The notes under the pieces were generated by a model. That model worked only from the letters and a program-made list of their open reading frames with translations. It had not been told where the DNA came from and ran no database searches. Position numbers and translations under genes: made by a program. A stretch of 62,837 nt of DNA, filler included, from Rhabdomonas costata (lineage: Eukaryota): the NCBI GenBank assembly GCA_019059605.1. It is 49 parts of 49 records of this genome, joined end to end, with 100 filler letters (N's around TTAATTAATTAA, not from the genome) between each part and the next. Parts side by side here need not be neighbours in the genome. Positions count along the whole stretch, not along the records: positions 1 to 1,185 come from JAHMHO010024540.1; positions 1,286 to 2,470 come from JAHMHO010024541.1; positions 2,571 to 3,755 come from JAHMHO010024542.1; positions 3,856 to 5,040 come from JAHMHO010024543.1; positions 5,141 to 6,325 come from JAHMHO010024544.1; positions 6,426 to 7,610 come from JAHMHO010024545.1; positions 7,711 to 8,895 come from JAHMHO010024546.1; positions 8,996 to 10,180 come from JAHMHO010024547.1; 41 more parts are not named here. One strand, 5' to 3'. This document shows, in pieces, positions 1 through 12,213 of the stretch (positions within the stretch are counted from its first letter, which is position 1; each line of letters starts with the position of its first letter).

Positions 1-28
1 GGGGTTGGGTCTGCCGCGAACCGATGGG

Positions 29-55
29 TGGCTGCTGCTGCTGCTGCTGCTGCTG
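29..55. repeat. (GCT)n trinucleotide repeat
   Basis: gctgctgctgctgctgctgctgctg. Confidence 0.85.
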
Positions 56-1166
56 TGGCTCTGGTTGGCGGGGCTCACGGCGACCTGCGGGGGTTTTCCG
101 TGGGGGTGGCTGAGATGAGGTGTTGGACGACTGGGATCCGGGAGCCGGAGGCTCCTGCTCCTGCTCCTCCTCTGGGCCTGGGGAGAACCATTGCGGAGAG
201 GCTGCATAATCAGATTCCCACACAATGCAGTTGGAAACGCTGTCTGTGTGTGTGTGGGGGGGGGGTGTCAGCCCCCGAAAAGTGTCTAAGTGGAAAGACC
301 GCAAAACGGTCCACGCGAGGCCCATAAAGCAGCAACTGAAGAATTCCAGTACATTCGTTGTCAGCGGGAAGTGCTTTTGGGCCCTTCACGCCAGGGTGTC
401 AAGTAGTCCCGACGAAAAGCCTGAGCTCAGAATGCATGTCAGTAACGGTCGAGAAAAACAAGCGCCTTCAAAGGCCCTTGGAATGAGGGCATATCAAAAA
501 CCCGAGAGACCGGCAAACTTCCAGAAAACTCATGAGTTACGCCACCCCACCAAATATGAGTCACAACCGGACAATTTGTGATCATATGATATATATCATT
601 TGTCCCCTGGCCCAGCTCAAGTCCCAGAACGCGAGAAGTCACCCAGCAAATAGAATGAAGAATCGAGCTGAAGCACGGTGTATTTTCCTCTCCCCACCCC
701 CTTAAAAAATCTGCATGGTGGCCCCTGACGATTGGTGAACTTCCCGAGGCTGACAAAAGATATATAGGTGATGCTGGAGCCTCCCTCACAAAAAAGAACT
801 GAATAAGAAAAGGGAATTCATGAGCACAAATCAGACGTGTACTGTCATAACATCGGAAAAGAGCTGTGAAAAGTGAGCAGAGATGAAGAATTTTCGAACA
901 ACAGCAGCATTGACTGAGAAGGGGTGACCATATATGAAAAATGAACACACACACACACCTTCCGGGTCATTTTTTTCTCGCTTATCATCACCTTGGTGGT
1001 TGCCAAGGGACGCACGACCCTTTTCGCGCGTCATGGCGGACTCTGAAGTTTCGGAGCACGCTTCCTTTGGCTGCCGCCGAGACCTAGAAGAACCACACGA
1101 CATACCACAAGATATTTCCAAAAAAAAATACCAGTCACAGCGGCGATCCCAACCAAAACAACCCCA

Positions 1167-1179
1167 CCAAACACACCCA
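1167..1179 (-). other. Residual WGA universal adaptor (TGTGTTGGGTGTGTTTGG, GenomePlex/PicoPLEX type)
   Basis: CCAAACACACCCA at 1167-1179 and 29437-29449; TGGGTGTGTCTGG (1 mismatch) at 51390-51402. Most contigs begin with G/T-only and end with A/C-only runs, as expected for K-degenerate primers. Confidence 0.85.
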
Positions 1180-1420
1180 CCCCCCNNNNNNNNNNNNNNN
1201 NNNNNNNNNNNNNNNNNNNNNNNNNNNNNTTAATTAATTAANNNNNNNNNNNNNNNNNNNNNNNNNNNNNNNNNNNNNNNNNNNNGTGTTGGTTTGGACC
1301 TATGGTCGATGGTGATGTTTGTCGGCATAGGAGGGTCCTATTTTGGGTGTGGTGCGTTGGTGTGGTTTGTCCCTGTGCCTGCACAGGCTTGGGGAGGCGC
1401 TGTCCGCATGGCTTCCTCAG

Positions 1421-2439
1421 GCTGCCGCCATGCAGCGCTTTGCCCGGTTTGATGAGCTCTACCAGCAGCAGTTTCAGCTCCGGATGAGGCGCAAGTTGGG
1501 GCTGCTGTCGGCTGCTCCAACAGATCAGGCATACCACCGCCCTGCACCCTTGCCCCGTGCTTTCTTGGCGCATCACGTGTCAGCTGGGATCGGGTAAGAA
1601 ACACGTTTTGCACGTGAGAGAAGGGAAGAGTCAGGTGAGTGGTGTAGTGGTGAGCCTGGTAAATAGGCCCTCTCATCACATTTTTTCGTGACGGGGTTGG
1701 AGTTGCTCAATTCCCGCAGGAGCAGCGGTTGGTTCTGCAGCTCTTGCAGACACTGCAGAACACAGCCGCGGACTTCACCGCGGCCTTCCGCAGTCTGTCC
1801 GCCGTTGACCCGACCAGCGAGGCCTCTCTGAATGCCGTGGTTGAGGTGCTTGTGTTTCCTGCTGAGTTCGCATGGCAGTACGCTTCTCACACATAATACA
1901 CTGACAAGGTAGCGAAGAATGGCAGGTCTGCGGTTTTGGGGAACCCATCTCGGGTGACAGAAACCTCCGGATTTCTTTAGTAGGCGACACAATGCAGCAT
2001 CCTTTGTAAGCAGACGGAAAAAGACGCAGTGCCCAAAGATATGCGTTGGTATATTTCTGCTCATTGCTTCATGGAAAAGGTGTTCCTTCATGTCCTCGGC
2101 TGATTGGGGGAAGTCTGTGAGTTTAGGCAAATTTAGGCAAGCCCTGTCCTCCCCTGATGGTGCGGCACCCTCAGAAGGCAACTACATCTCATTGTTTATC
2201 TAATGAATTGGCGGTGGTCTGTTTCTGGTCGAGGGATCGGTTGAGGTTTCTTTCTTGGCCCGATCTCGCAGAAGCTCGTGTCGGTGTGCGCTGGCCCCGC
2301 TGAGTTTGGGAGGATCAAGCGGCCGAAGCTGTCCACGTCTCAGCTGCAGCATCTTCAGCAGGCCTCTCCAGAGGACCTTGGGGCGCAGTTTGGCGTGGAC
2401 CCGAAGTGGGTGGCGGAGCAAACCCGGCTGGAAGAAATG
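1421..2439 (+). CDS. SELENOO: Protein adenylyltransferase SelO, three internal exons
   Basis: Exons 1421-1528, 1720-1845, 2272-2439 (all phase 0) splice to ...FQLRMRRKLGLLSAAPTDQ|EQRLVLQLLQTLQNTAADFTAAFRSLS...|KLVSVCAGP..., matching the SelO MRxKLGL and ADFTxxFRxL motifs. First intron is GC-AG. Confidence 0.85.
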
Positions 2440-3015
2440 GTGCGTGGGGCGCGTACATTGCAACAACACANNNNNNNNNNNNNNNNNNNNNNNNNNNNNN
2501 NNNNNNNNNNNNNNTTAATTAATTAANNNNNNNNNNNNNNNNNNNNNNNNNNNNNNNNNNNNNNNNNNNNGGGTGGGGCATTCAAAAGGACTGAGAATGC
2601 CTCTTCCCTGGACCAGCCCTCTTGCTTCGATTCGCGTTGAGGCCGATTTCAAAGCCCTTCCGCCCATTGCGGGTGAGTCAGCAGTTGCCTTAGGACCTAG
2701 ATGCGGGATCAGGGAGAAGGGAGACAGGAGTGTGCTCCTCAAGTCCTCCGCACGGAAAATACTCTTGTGTCTTGTACGCCCGATGTGTGAGTCAGGTTGT
2801 GAACTAGTGTTTATGTGCGTGTGCCTGGCACATACCCTCATGGACCACCACCATGTGGTGTGTATGTGTTGAAGAAGGGTGATTTGGATTCATGCTATTT
2901 TGGCTGCGGACGGGCACCACTGGTGGCAGGCATCTCTTTTTCACCAGAGCCTGTTGAGTTGCTGTTAGCACTCCCATCTGCTTCTCACCGGGACTGTATG
3001 TTGGGGGCTTCGCAG

Positions 3016-3321
3016 CCTGGAGACACCCTGCACATGGCCACCGCGCGGTACCTCGCCGCCGAGAACGCCAATCAGATGGAGATCTGCTTCCCCACCTTCA
3101 AGCCCCTGGCCCACTACAAGCCCTCCTCCTCCTCCTCCGCCGGCGCCGCCTCGACTAGCTCGGAGGGGACGGTGTTCTTGCTGCGTGTGGTGTACGTTCT
3201 GGGGCGGGTGCCTATGGCGGCGAAGTTCGCGGACCATGCGTGGGTCACCCCCGCTCAGCTGCCAGAGTACGAGCCCTGGGCCTTTCCGGGGACCATGCCC
3301 CTGCTCAAAGAGATCCTGTGA
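3016..3321 (+). CDS. MRPL46: Mitochondrial ribosomal protein mL46-like (Nudix-like), last exon
   Basis: ttcgcag acceptor, then PGDTLHMATARYL...KPLAHYK...TVFLLRVVY...DHAWVTPAQLPEY...TGA, resembling the mL46 C-terminus (GETLxxTAxR, PxGHY, VFF, HxWVTxxELxxY). Confidence 0.7.
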   Translation, partial: PGDTLHMATARYLAAENANQMEICFPTFKPLAHYKPSSSSSAGAASTSSEGTVFLLRVVYVLGRVPMAAKFADHAWVTPAQLPEYEPWAFPGTMPLLKEIL

Positions 3322-5144
3322 GAGGGTGGTATACGGGAGGGCTGATGATCAACGACATCAGATCAGGGGTTGGCGTGTGTTGAGTTGCGGCGCAGTGGTG
3401 GGACCTTGTTGCACATGGTATTGAAACAGGGAGATGCGTGAACAGATGGATCCCCTTTTTCCACTGGCATGCACTGTATGTTCCGGATGCCCGGTGCTGC
3501 CATTTGCAGGGGGGCTCGTCTCTGGATGATATCGGGAAGGATCTTCCGTGGATGGCGCCAGAACTGTTTGTTTGGAGGGAATTTTCATTCATTTCCAGCC
3601 CAAGTGTTTTGGAAGGAAAATGCTTGTTTTTGGGTATGTATCGATTTTTCTGAGCTCCTTTAACTGCCCAAGTGTCGTGGCGTGATGGTCTGCTTATGTG
3701 GAACATGATATTTTCCCTCGCTGACTTTCCCAATGATTCAGAAATACAAACAACANNNNNNNNNNNNNNNNNNNNNNNNNNNNNNNNNNNNNNNNNNNNT
3801 TAATTAATTAANNNNNNNNNNNNNNNNNNNNNNNNNNNNNNNNNNNNNNNNNNNNGTTCAGTCTAGTATTCATTCTTTGATTGCTTGACGACTGTGAAGC
3901 GTTACAATGACGGCATTTTTTGTATTGGTGAGCTTTTGTGACAGGGGAAGCAAAAGAAAAGGGGCATGAAAAGTGTTCAAGTCGTCGTGAACCTTCCGCT
4001 GATGAAGACGACATTTTGAAAGAGCTCAAGGACACTGGTAAGTCCCCCACCACCAGTCACAACTTAGAGGAACATCCTTTTTAAAACCTCCATGCTTGCG
4101 CGGTTATCTTAGCAAAGAGCAAAGGAGAAAAGGCGAGTCACAAGCACGATGAAGGAGAAAATGAACATCACAAGAAAAGTGGGACTCATGGAGGTCTTCA
4201 CGGCGGATTTGAAAAAGGTGCGCAGCGCTATCGCGTTCACCCCTGTTTCTCCCATTGCTGTTCTGGGGGATCCTCACAGAGCCCACTTCAATCTCAGCCT
4301 GACGTCAGCCAGCCGTAGCTGTGAAAAGAAATGGTCTTGTTTCACGTCAAGAGCGAGTAATCACTGGCATCCAGCAAGTGCATTGAATTTAGCTGCGCGA
4401 ACAAAAATGCAGAAAACACACACAGGCACAGGAGGCACGGGGGGGGGGCGAAGATCAACGTCTTTCAAATGTCTGCCTTCATTCTTTGCAGACATCAAAG
4501 AGACTACAAACAGAGGCTCCCAGCGTGCTCTCTCCTCGTCTCCAAAAGGTATTCTGATTTCGTCTGGCTTGCGGTTTTGCGTGCACGCTGTTATGTGGTT
4601 GTCACATGCATTATTCTCAGGCCTCAAGGAAGATGGCGCGAAAGAAAAGGTGCTGGCCCTCGTGGTCGCGCTTTCTGCGTTTTGAAATGAGCCATTCATT
4701 CTTCCTCCTCTGCCATGTTCAATTTCAGGGTGGAGGTGAAGAACAACCCACGGAGCCTACCGAGGTTTGAGGACAGTATCGAACGCGGGAAAGCCTCAAC
4801 GACATTTTAACTGATGGGAAGAATTGACCTTGGCTTATCTGAGAGCTTTGAAAACCTCATACCGTTGCTAATTTACCGCGAAATTTGCCCTGAAATATTG
4901 GTATTACACATCACTCTCGCCTTTTCCGGCAGGACAAAGATGATGAGGCCCCTGCCGACCGCAAGTCCGAAAAACATTCGAAGAAGTCCGGGCACGACAG
5001 CAGGAACAGGAAAAGCACCAAGTCGCATGGCAAACAAAACNNNNNNNNNNNNNNNNNNNNNNNNNNNNNNNNNNNNNNNNNNNNTTAATTAATTAANNNN
5101 NNNNNNNNNNNNNNNNNNNNNNNNNNNNNNNNNNNNNNNNTTTG

Positions 5145-5247
5145 TTTGGTCCAAAAATCACAAAGAACACAGCAAACCGCTGTAAATTAGGGCCTTTGTC
5201 CATAATTTACAGCGGTTTGCTGTGTTCTTTGTGATTTTTGGACCAAA
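5145..5247. repeat. Terminal fold-back inverted repeat, 45-bp arms
   Basis: 5145-5189 is the reverse complement of 5203-5247 and abuts the contig start. Confidence 0.9.
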
Positions 5248-5680
5248 TTTTACTGAGTTTCACCTGCTACAACTTTTTAATTGAATGCGTCATTATTGCA
5301 ATCAATTACATTCCGTCTGCGGGCGGTTAGCACGGAGCGAAGCGACGCCGTAGGCAAATCGATGGCGCTTTTTGCTGCCGACCTATTGAGTTTTTGTTGC
5401 TCGCCATATAACAAAGCTCGATTTTAAAATGCACTATCACACAGTAAAGAATAGTCAATAATTCAAAGTGCCATTTTGAGGCCTTTTCAGGGTCAGCACC
5501 TGCGCTCACGCTTTCATACAGAGGTCCTTAGTGTGTCTAGCCTATATGAACTTCTGGATGGAGCTTAATCCAAAGCACAGGAAAACAAAGGATGCCATCT
5601 GGTCCTTGCACCACAGGCAAGTCACTTCCATTTTTGGCAGCTCATAAATATATACATGTGCACAGTACATACTTATGTCT

Positions 5681-5707
5681 ACAGTACAGTACAGTACAGT
5701 ACAGTAT
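5681..5707. repeat. (CAGTA)n pentanucleotide repeat
   Basis: acagtacagtacagtacagtacagtat. Confidence 0.85.
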
Positions 5708-8028
5708 ATACTGTAAAATCTTGTGCCGCCGTTGCCCGCTGCAGCTGGAGGGTTTGAAGGTGGCTCCCACACCTCAGTGGAAAGCAAAAACAACAAAAAA
5801 TAGGAATGAAAATAGTAAAAAAAAATAAATGGTGAGGGAGCAAGTCCAACAAAATTGGGAGGGTTATTAAATACTGTACAAAACCCACGACAGTTTGCCA
5901 GAGTACAAGTGGAGGAGCTGTGCGCCTGAAAAGCCCGTCAATGTTGTCAAAGTAAACATTGCCACAGCCGAACATGCCAAATTCAAGGGATCTTGTCTGG
6001 ACTACTCGCCACTTCGAGTATGTCCGCCCAACCTCGCAAAAAGTGGTGGAGATGTGTCAGCTCGTCTAGAACGCTGCCATTCAGGATGATGCAGACCTCA
6101 GGCAGACATGCGCCACATAGTTGCGACAACGTAAGAAGTGAGTGGAATCTGCTCTCGCAACCGCTGCTTCCCGGGTGCGTGCACAGAAAATTCTGCCACA
6201 GGCGCAGAGCCTTGCAGCAGAACGACGTCACTGAGCCATGTGGCAGTGGCAAAGCTCGGCGTTGGGAACGTGGTCCCAGAAATAAGGCTCAGTGATCGCA
6301 GTCAGATCAATTTGCCCACCACACCNNNNNNNNNNNNNNNNNNNNNNNNNNNNNNNNNNNNNNNNNNNNTTAATTAATTAANNNNNNNNNNNNNNNNNNN
6401 NNNNNNNNNNNNNNNNNNNNNNNNNGGGGGTGCGGGGACGAGTCACGCAAGCAAAAGAACACCGGCAGGAAGCAGAAGATAGGTATCACAGAGAAAACTT
6501 TGAAAGGGAAAGCACAAAATGGTGGGGAAAAGATACTAATGTGACCAAAAGTGGTTGCATAACATGGGAGGAGGCGGTCTTTCAAGCATGGGTCACCACT
6601 ACCATATGTTAATTCTCTGCGTAAATGGTCGGAAAACATAAATTTCGCAGGACGATTCTACGGAATAGGGATGATTACTCAGAAGAGCGGTGTTGAAAGG
6701 TGTGGGCATTGCGCTTGTTCCCGAGGAGAGGGTTTTGGATTCATAGGGGTTAGGGGGTGATACAGGGGAAAGGCCAGATGTGTGCGGGACCAGGGACCAG
6801 TGAGATGACCCTGCATTGGATTTTTTGTTTCATTAGATATGCTTTCTTCCCTGTTCATACTTGGAAGCAGGAAATGTATCTCTGTGACTTGGGTGGTGGT
6901 GGTGGTGGTGGGGTGCATCAGCGTTTGAAGTACCATACTACCTCCAAACTCCAAGTTCCCTTGCCCTAACGGTCGACAATCCTGTCACAAAGTGCCTGGC
7001 AATATCTACGGGCAGTTGGCACCATATTAGCAACTACCCGTACAAAAATGCACAATGGGCCATAACGGACAAAATCAGCGGAAAGGGTAGGCTATGCCCA
7101 AATCCGGACTGAAATTGACAAGCAAACCGCTATTGACTGAATCAAAACGGACAAAAGTGAACACCAGATCTTGGACTCACCTACGGCCCTGGGCAACTGA
7201 CCAACGCTAGAGGCTGCTCAGCAATGAGCTGCAGGGAAGAATGAACTGCTGACAGGTTTTGCCCTGGACGCTTGTAAAAAAGGCCCTAGCCCTAGCTGAT
7301 GAAAACATTAACCTTTCCCGTGACTCCACAACCACATTCCGCATTCCAAAATTTGCCCATCTACACCATTGAGCTGCGAGTACTGCAAACCAAATTTGCA
7401 GCAAACAGACAGTGGACTACACAGGATTGAGACGGAGAGAAATCCAAAAGCTCGCGCCGCGCTCGGGGATGGAAAAACCGCACGGGGCACAAAAGAAAGG
7501 AGGGCGAAAAACAAAACACAGCAACCGCAGCAACACGCTGGTCTCCCTCCTACTCCGAGGCACACACAGACGCAGAGGGACAGATCCCCAGAATCGGTGC
7601 CTCAACACAANNNNNNNNNNNNNNNNNNNNNNNNNNNNNNNNNNNNNNNNNNNNTTAATTAATTAANNNNNNNNNNNNNNNNNNNNNNNNNNNNNNNNNN
7701 NNNNNNNNNNCCCAGGCTGTGAATTTTAATATAATATTCCACTTCCAAGTCCAGAAGGGCCCTGTACAAGGAGTTCACGAATTCTCTTACCACTTTTGTT
7801 GATGAAGAAGAGGATCTGTTTCCAATTGAAGTTTGTCAGCCATGTAGGTGTCGTAGTAGGCACAGTCCCCAAGAATAAGCATAACCAAAACCCTCACCAG
7901 CTTGACAAAGACTTATGGCTTACAGCCGTATGGCTACAGCGATAGCGCACTTGTATGAGTGTCCGTAAGCCACAGGCCACTCAACGAGATCCTTCTTCTT
8001 CAGGTGCAATCGTTTGTGTTCTTCACAG

Positions 8029-8667
8029 GAGTCCATTGAGACGTGCCAGCAGGCCGGCATTAAGGTGATCATGGTCACCGGGGATCACCCAGGTGTGTCT
8101 CGTGTGTCTGTTGTAATCTGCCGTGCCTGGTTTGTCGGGCTTTCAGTTCAGCGCGAGACTTCTTGTTATTTCGGTGCCCCTTTCGAACAGTACGGAGTGA
8201 CCCAACAACCTTTTTCTACTAAAGGTAATATGCTTTTTTGGGGAATATTCGCCGTCTGGTTCATTCGGTCGAATACTCTTCGGCTTTTGAGGTCAAGCTC
8301 CAAATCATGCTTTCCCTCACGTCCCCTGGAAGGGAAATACTCTCCCAATGTCATGTTTGTAGATGGCACGACTGTAGTTTTATGTGTTGATGTGCTTGAT
8401 GGAAGTCGTTCACACGTCGAGCTTTCTGGCTTCACTCTTTTGCAACTGTACTTTTTCTCTCCTGCCTCCTTCCTGCGTTTCTTATTCTTGCATTTTCCTT
8501 CAACCACCTTTGTGCATTGGCCAACCCGCTACGCTTTGAGTTCCTGGTGGGTTGTCTCTATCGTAGAAACTGCACGGGCGATTGCCCGTAGCATCAGTAT
8601 CATGCCTTCTGAGACAATCAAGGAGGTCGCTGAGCGCACGGGGCAGCCCGTCACCGACATCAACAAG
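8029..8667 (+). CDS. P-type ATPase, Na+/K+ (P2C)-like alpha subunit, two exons
   Basis: Exons 8029-8092 and 8567-8667 (GT-AG intron 8093-8566) give ESIETCQQAGIKVIMVTGDHP|ETARAIARSISIMPSETIKEVAERTGQPVTDINK. TGD motif present; the following segment resembles P2C ETVEDIAARLNIPVSQVN. Confidence 0.85.
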
Positions 8668-8705
8668 GTGTGCACCCAACTGAAACCCTATTCGCACCGA
8701 GTGGC

Positions 8706-8891
8706 TGTTGTGAAAACCATCTCGAAGGGAAAGCTGTGTCTCAACTCACTGTGCCAGTGGAGAACCCTGTGACCTTCCGCAGATTCCATCAGATTGATCT
8801 GATAGAACCGAGCTTGCGGGAGTGTAAATGGGTTCTCCACTGGCACAGTGAGTTGAGACACAGCTTTCCCTTCGAGATGGTTTTCACAACA
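8706..8891. repeat. Terminal fold-back inverted repeat, 62-bp arms
   Basis: 8706-8767 is the reverse complement of 8830-8891 and ends at the contig end. Confidence 0.9.
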
Positions 8892-9012
8892 ACCCNNNNN
8901 NNNNNNNNNNNNNNNNNNNNNNNNNNNNNNNNNNNNNNNTTAATTAATTAANNNNNNNNNNNNNNNNNNNNNNNNNNNNNNNNNNNNNNNNNNNNTTGTT
9001 GTGGGTCTCCAG

Positions 9013-9200
9013 ATGCCTTCCGGCGCGCCAAGGATGCCCTGTCCGCTTTGGCCGGCTCGTACCCCTCTGAGCAGCTGAGCGAGCTGGGTTACAGTCTGTA
9101 TGAGAGGTTCCGTCCCGAGGTGGGAATGGGGAAAGTTGGGTGGGGCCAGAAAGGCGCCCTGTCCTTAGAGAAGATTGCCTCCCTTCAACGGGCCCGCTGA
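9013..9200 (+). CDS. Conserved uncharacterised protein, last exon
   Basis: ctccag acceptor; AFRRAKDALSALAGSYPSEQLSELGYSLYERFRPEVGMGKVGWGQKGALSLEKIASLQRAR*. The LYExFRP...GWGxKG motif is recalled from bacterial/fungal hypothetical proteins. Not in the ORF track. Confidence 0.6.
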
Positions 9201-9991
9201 CGCCGGGTAGATGGGTTGCGCTGAGCTCCCTGGCGCTGGAGTTAATATGTTGCTTGAGCTCGGAGTTTGTAGCTGCCGGAGTTTTGGTATGGGTGTTGGA
9301 TGGTGCAGTTCTGAGAGGAGTGCGCCGAAGGTACCCTAAGATGCCATGCCATTTTTTGTGGGGCTAATTCTTTGTGGTGGAAGATGTCCTGTACGTGAGT
9401 GAGGGATACCTTAGCGGAGGGTAATGATGTTGACATCCAATGGTTGGGGTTGGGCACACTTTTCTCGAGTTTTCTCGTGCTCACTGCATGTGAGCCTTTC
9501 TCGTTTTGGTTGATCTGCTGGGTTTCCTTTGTCGGCTGCTTTTCTCTTTAAGAGTGCAGCGCAGGATGGGCGGGTTTCTTCGTTCGCATCCCGTTTACCA
9601 TTTCCTATTTACGCGTGATTTCATCGTGTCAGTATATCACAATTTCGACACTGAGGCGATGCGTCGCCTGCTCGTGTACAAGTAAGTCGGATGGAGTGGG
9701 TGCATCGAAGGCACTTCTCGTTCTTTGGGATAGATGGTTGTTCAGAGGCTGCTTACAGTGGCTTTGCTTGCGAAGGGCGGTGGAAATAGTCACCACTCAA
9801 CCAGCTCGCTCTGATTTTATCGGAACGTTTCTGCAGACCTCGCCACCTCTACTCTCCTGCCGCATCGCTGCTGTCGGTTGATCCTGCACTTCCAGGGCGT
9901 TGTTTTGGACCTGGTTTGTTCCCATGGCTCCCTGAAGGGGTTCTTTTCTCAGCAACGTCAGCAATTCCTGGCACTGAGTGGACGCACCTCG

Positions 9992-10041
9992 GTTCCGTTT
10001 TCCTCATTTTCGATCTCCAAGAGCTTCTTTTCCGGTTTCAG
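9992..10041 (+). promoter_or_regulatory. Polypyrimidine tract + AG before the start codon (putative SL trans-splice acceptor)
   Basis: gttccgttttcctcattttcgatctccaagagcttcttttccggtttcag ends 32 nt before ATG 10074. Confidence 0.5.
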
Positions 10042-10073
10042 ATAATTAGAATCACCACCGCAAAGATACAAAG

Positions 10074-10172
10074 ATGAGCGTGAACTGGGCCGAGATTCGG
10101 GCCAAGCTGCCCACGGAGAGGACCCCCGAGGCGAAGGCCAAGCGGGCGGAACTTTTCACCCTCTTCGACCCC
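10074..10172 (+). CDS. Flagellar calcium-binding protein (calflagin/FCaBP-like EF-hand), N-terminus
   Basis: MSVNWAEIRAKLPTERTPEAKAKRAELFTLFDP resembles the trypanosome FCaBP segment WERIRxAIPRxKxAExKxRRIELFKxFD leading into EF-hand 1. Truncated by the contig end. Confidence 0.75.
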
Positions 10173-11720
10173 ACACACCCNNNNNNNNNNNNNNNNNNNN
10201 NNNNNNNNNNNNNNNNNNNNNNNNTTAATTAATTAANNNNNNNNNNNNNNNNNNNNNNNNNNNNNNNNNNNNNNNNNNNNGTGGTGGGGGGTTTTATTTC
10301 CCCCTCTCCCACAGTAAAGACCTCCCATAGTTTTCGGGCTATAACTAAGAAAAAAGTTTAGGAAGAGGGAAAGGGAGGGGCGTAAATATATCGAGTTCGA
10401 CCCCCCAGCAAAGCGAATGTCTGCCGATGGTGCAGCACATGATCCGGGAGGGTCGAAGCGGGCGACGCATGGCGCCGACAGCGGGATCCATCGGTGGCCT
10501 CCCAGGAGAGAATTCCTGACAAACCCAAAGAATTATTTTTAAGGCAGGTGACTACGAGGAGACGGATGTGTGAGTGCGGGTCGGAGGAACCGCTGGAAAA
10601 AAAACACGATCCGAAAACAGCGCTGCGAAAGAGAAGAACATGCGGAACAGGAGTAACGTCTTTGTGAGGCGATACCAAGATCAGCACAGGGAACACAAAC
10701 GACCTTCCATCCCGTTGTAAGGTTGTCGTTTGACAACCTTCACGAACCTCCTCTTTAGAGCGGGGACGAGGATTTTTGAGTTCCCGAAGTGCACTGCTCG
10801 TGTTCGTCGTCGAACGGATGTCCAAAAACCCTTCCCACAATTGACGCGTCTGAAATTAACCCTGCGCCTTTCAGACATTTTGTCGAGCCAACGCACTCGA
10901 TCAGAACGTGGCAGGGATTGAAATGTCGAGCTTAGGAAGGATGCAGGGAGTTGCCGCAGTTTTCCTTTGGAGGAGGAACGCGAATCAGAATAGGGGAGTA
11001 AGCCGTCCCACACGGGTTTCCCCATTTGAACGTTCCAGAACGCCATAGAAAGGAAAACCAGAGCACAGGAACGGCACATACATGTCACCACCACAATGAG
11101 CGCAAGCTGCATGGTTAACAAAAGAAGGTCGACCACCTGGCATACAACTCACTAAGGAGAGCACCAATGTGTGGCAAAGGACGGCGAGAAGGAATGGACT
11201 GGATTGGATTTCTCGGGGACTGTCCTGTCTCCCTTAGAGGGGTCCCATCTCACAGCAGATGACCAGCATCCGAACTACACCCCCTGCCCCCAATACCTCT
11301 CTTGTCGCTCACCTCACCTCCACGGGTTCTACAGACATGCAACAACAGCGGGCGATAGATGGAGAGAGAGTTCCCAACAAATAAAAAAACCAAGAACGAC
11401 ACAGCAAACACTGCAAGGAAAGCTAGGGTGTGCACTCACTCCCACACGGATGGAACAACCACACCNNNNNNNNNNNNNNNNNNNNNNNNNNNNNNNNNNN
11501 NNNNNNNNNTTAATTAATTAANNNNNNNNNNNNNNNNNNNNNNNNNNNNNNNNNNNNNNNNNNNNGGGTGGTGGGGGGCGGGGTGACATTCTGCGGGTCG
11601 CACCGATTCGCATTTCGAGGGGTGATGCGATTTGGGCAACTTGCCGTCAATCCTCGCGCGCCGATTCCTCAAGGAGTTGCCTTCCTTGCCTTCCATTTGT
11701 GTGATACTCCCTCTGCAAAG

Positions 11721-12213
11721 GCCCTCGGCGTACGGCAAGTGGACACCTTGGAGGCTCTGCTTCGCCAGTCGGACGTGGTCAGTGTACACTGCGACCTGAA
11801 TTCTACCACAAGGCACCTGCTCAACAAAACCACCCTGGGCCTAATGAAGAAGGTTTGGTGGAATTGTGAGTGAGGAGTACCGGAGGCCTTTCAGATGAGT
11901 TCGTGGCGCGGCATGTTTTTGACAAATGGTGACTTTCAATTGCTCGAAGATCTCTTCTGTAATGTGCAGGGCTTAAATTGGTACGATTCCCACAGCATTG
12001 GGGTTTTTTGACGAGAGTTTGGTTTAAAACCTTGCACATTTCCTGCGCTGGTTGGGTTTGTCCCCTCCCCCCCATACACATGTTTGATTCCAGGGATGGC
12101 ATGGTGGGGAATGTGCGCTCAGGGGTCATTTCTAGTGAATACCGCTCGAGGCGGGATTGTGGAGACCTCCGCCCTCCAACTTGCTCTGCAGAGTGGACAC
12201 CTCGCCGGGGCAG
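11721..12213 (+). CDS. D-isomer-specific 2-hydroxyacid dehydrogenase, two exons
   Basis: Exons 11721-11852 and 12123-12213: TLEALLRQSDVVSVHCDLNSTTRHLLNKTTLGLMKK|GSFLVNTARGGIVETSALQLALQSGHLAGA; family motifs SDxVSxH and LVNxARG. Confidence 0.92.

Noticed and set aside
1-20. G/T-rich starts and C/A-rich ends as telomeres of gene-sized chromosomes
   Set aside because: There is no fixed repeat unit, the ends cut through exons, and they match degenerate WGA primers plus adaptor.
1230-1241. TTAATTAATTAA recurring at regular ~1285-nt intervals (CRISPR-like or telomere-like periodicity)
   Set aside because: It is always embedded in N runs and is an artificial all-frame-stop linker. The equal contig lengths reflect sorting by size, not nanochromosomes.
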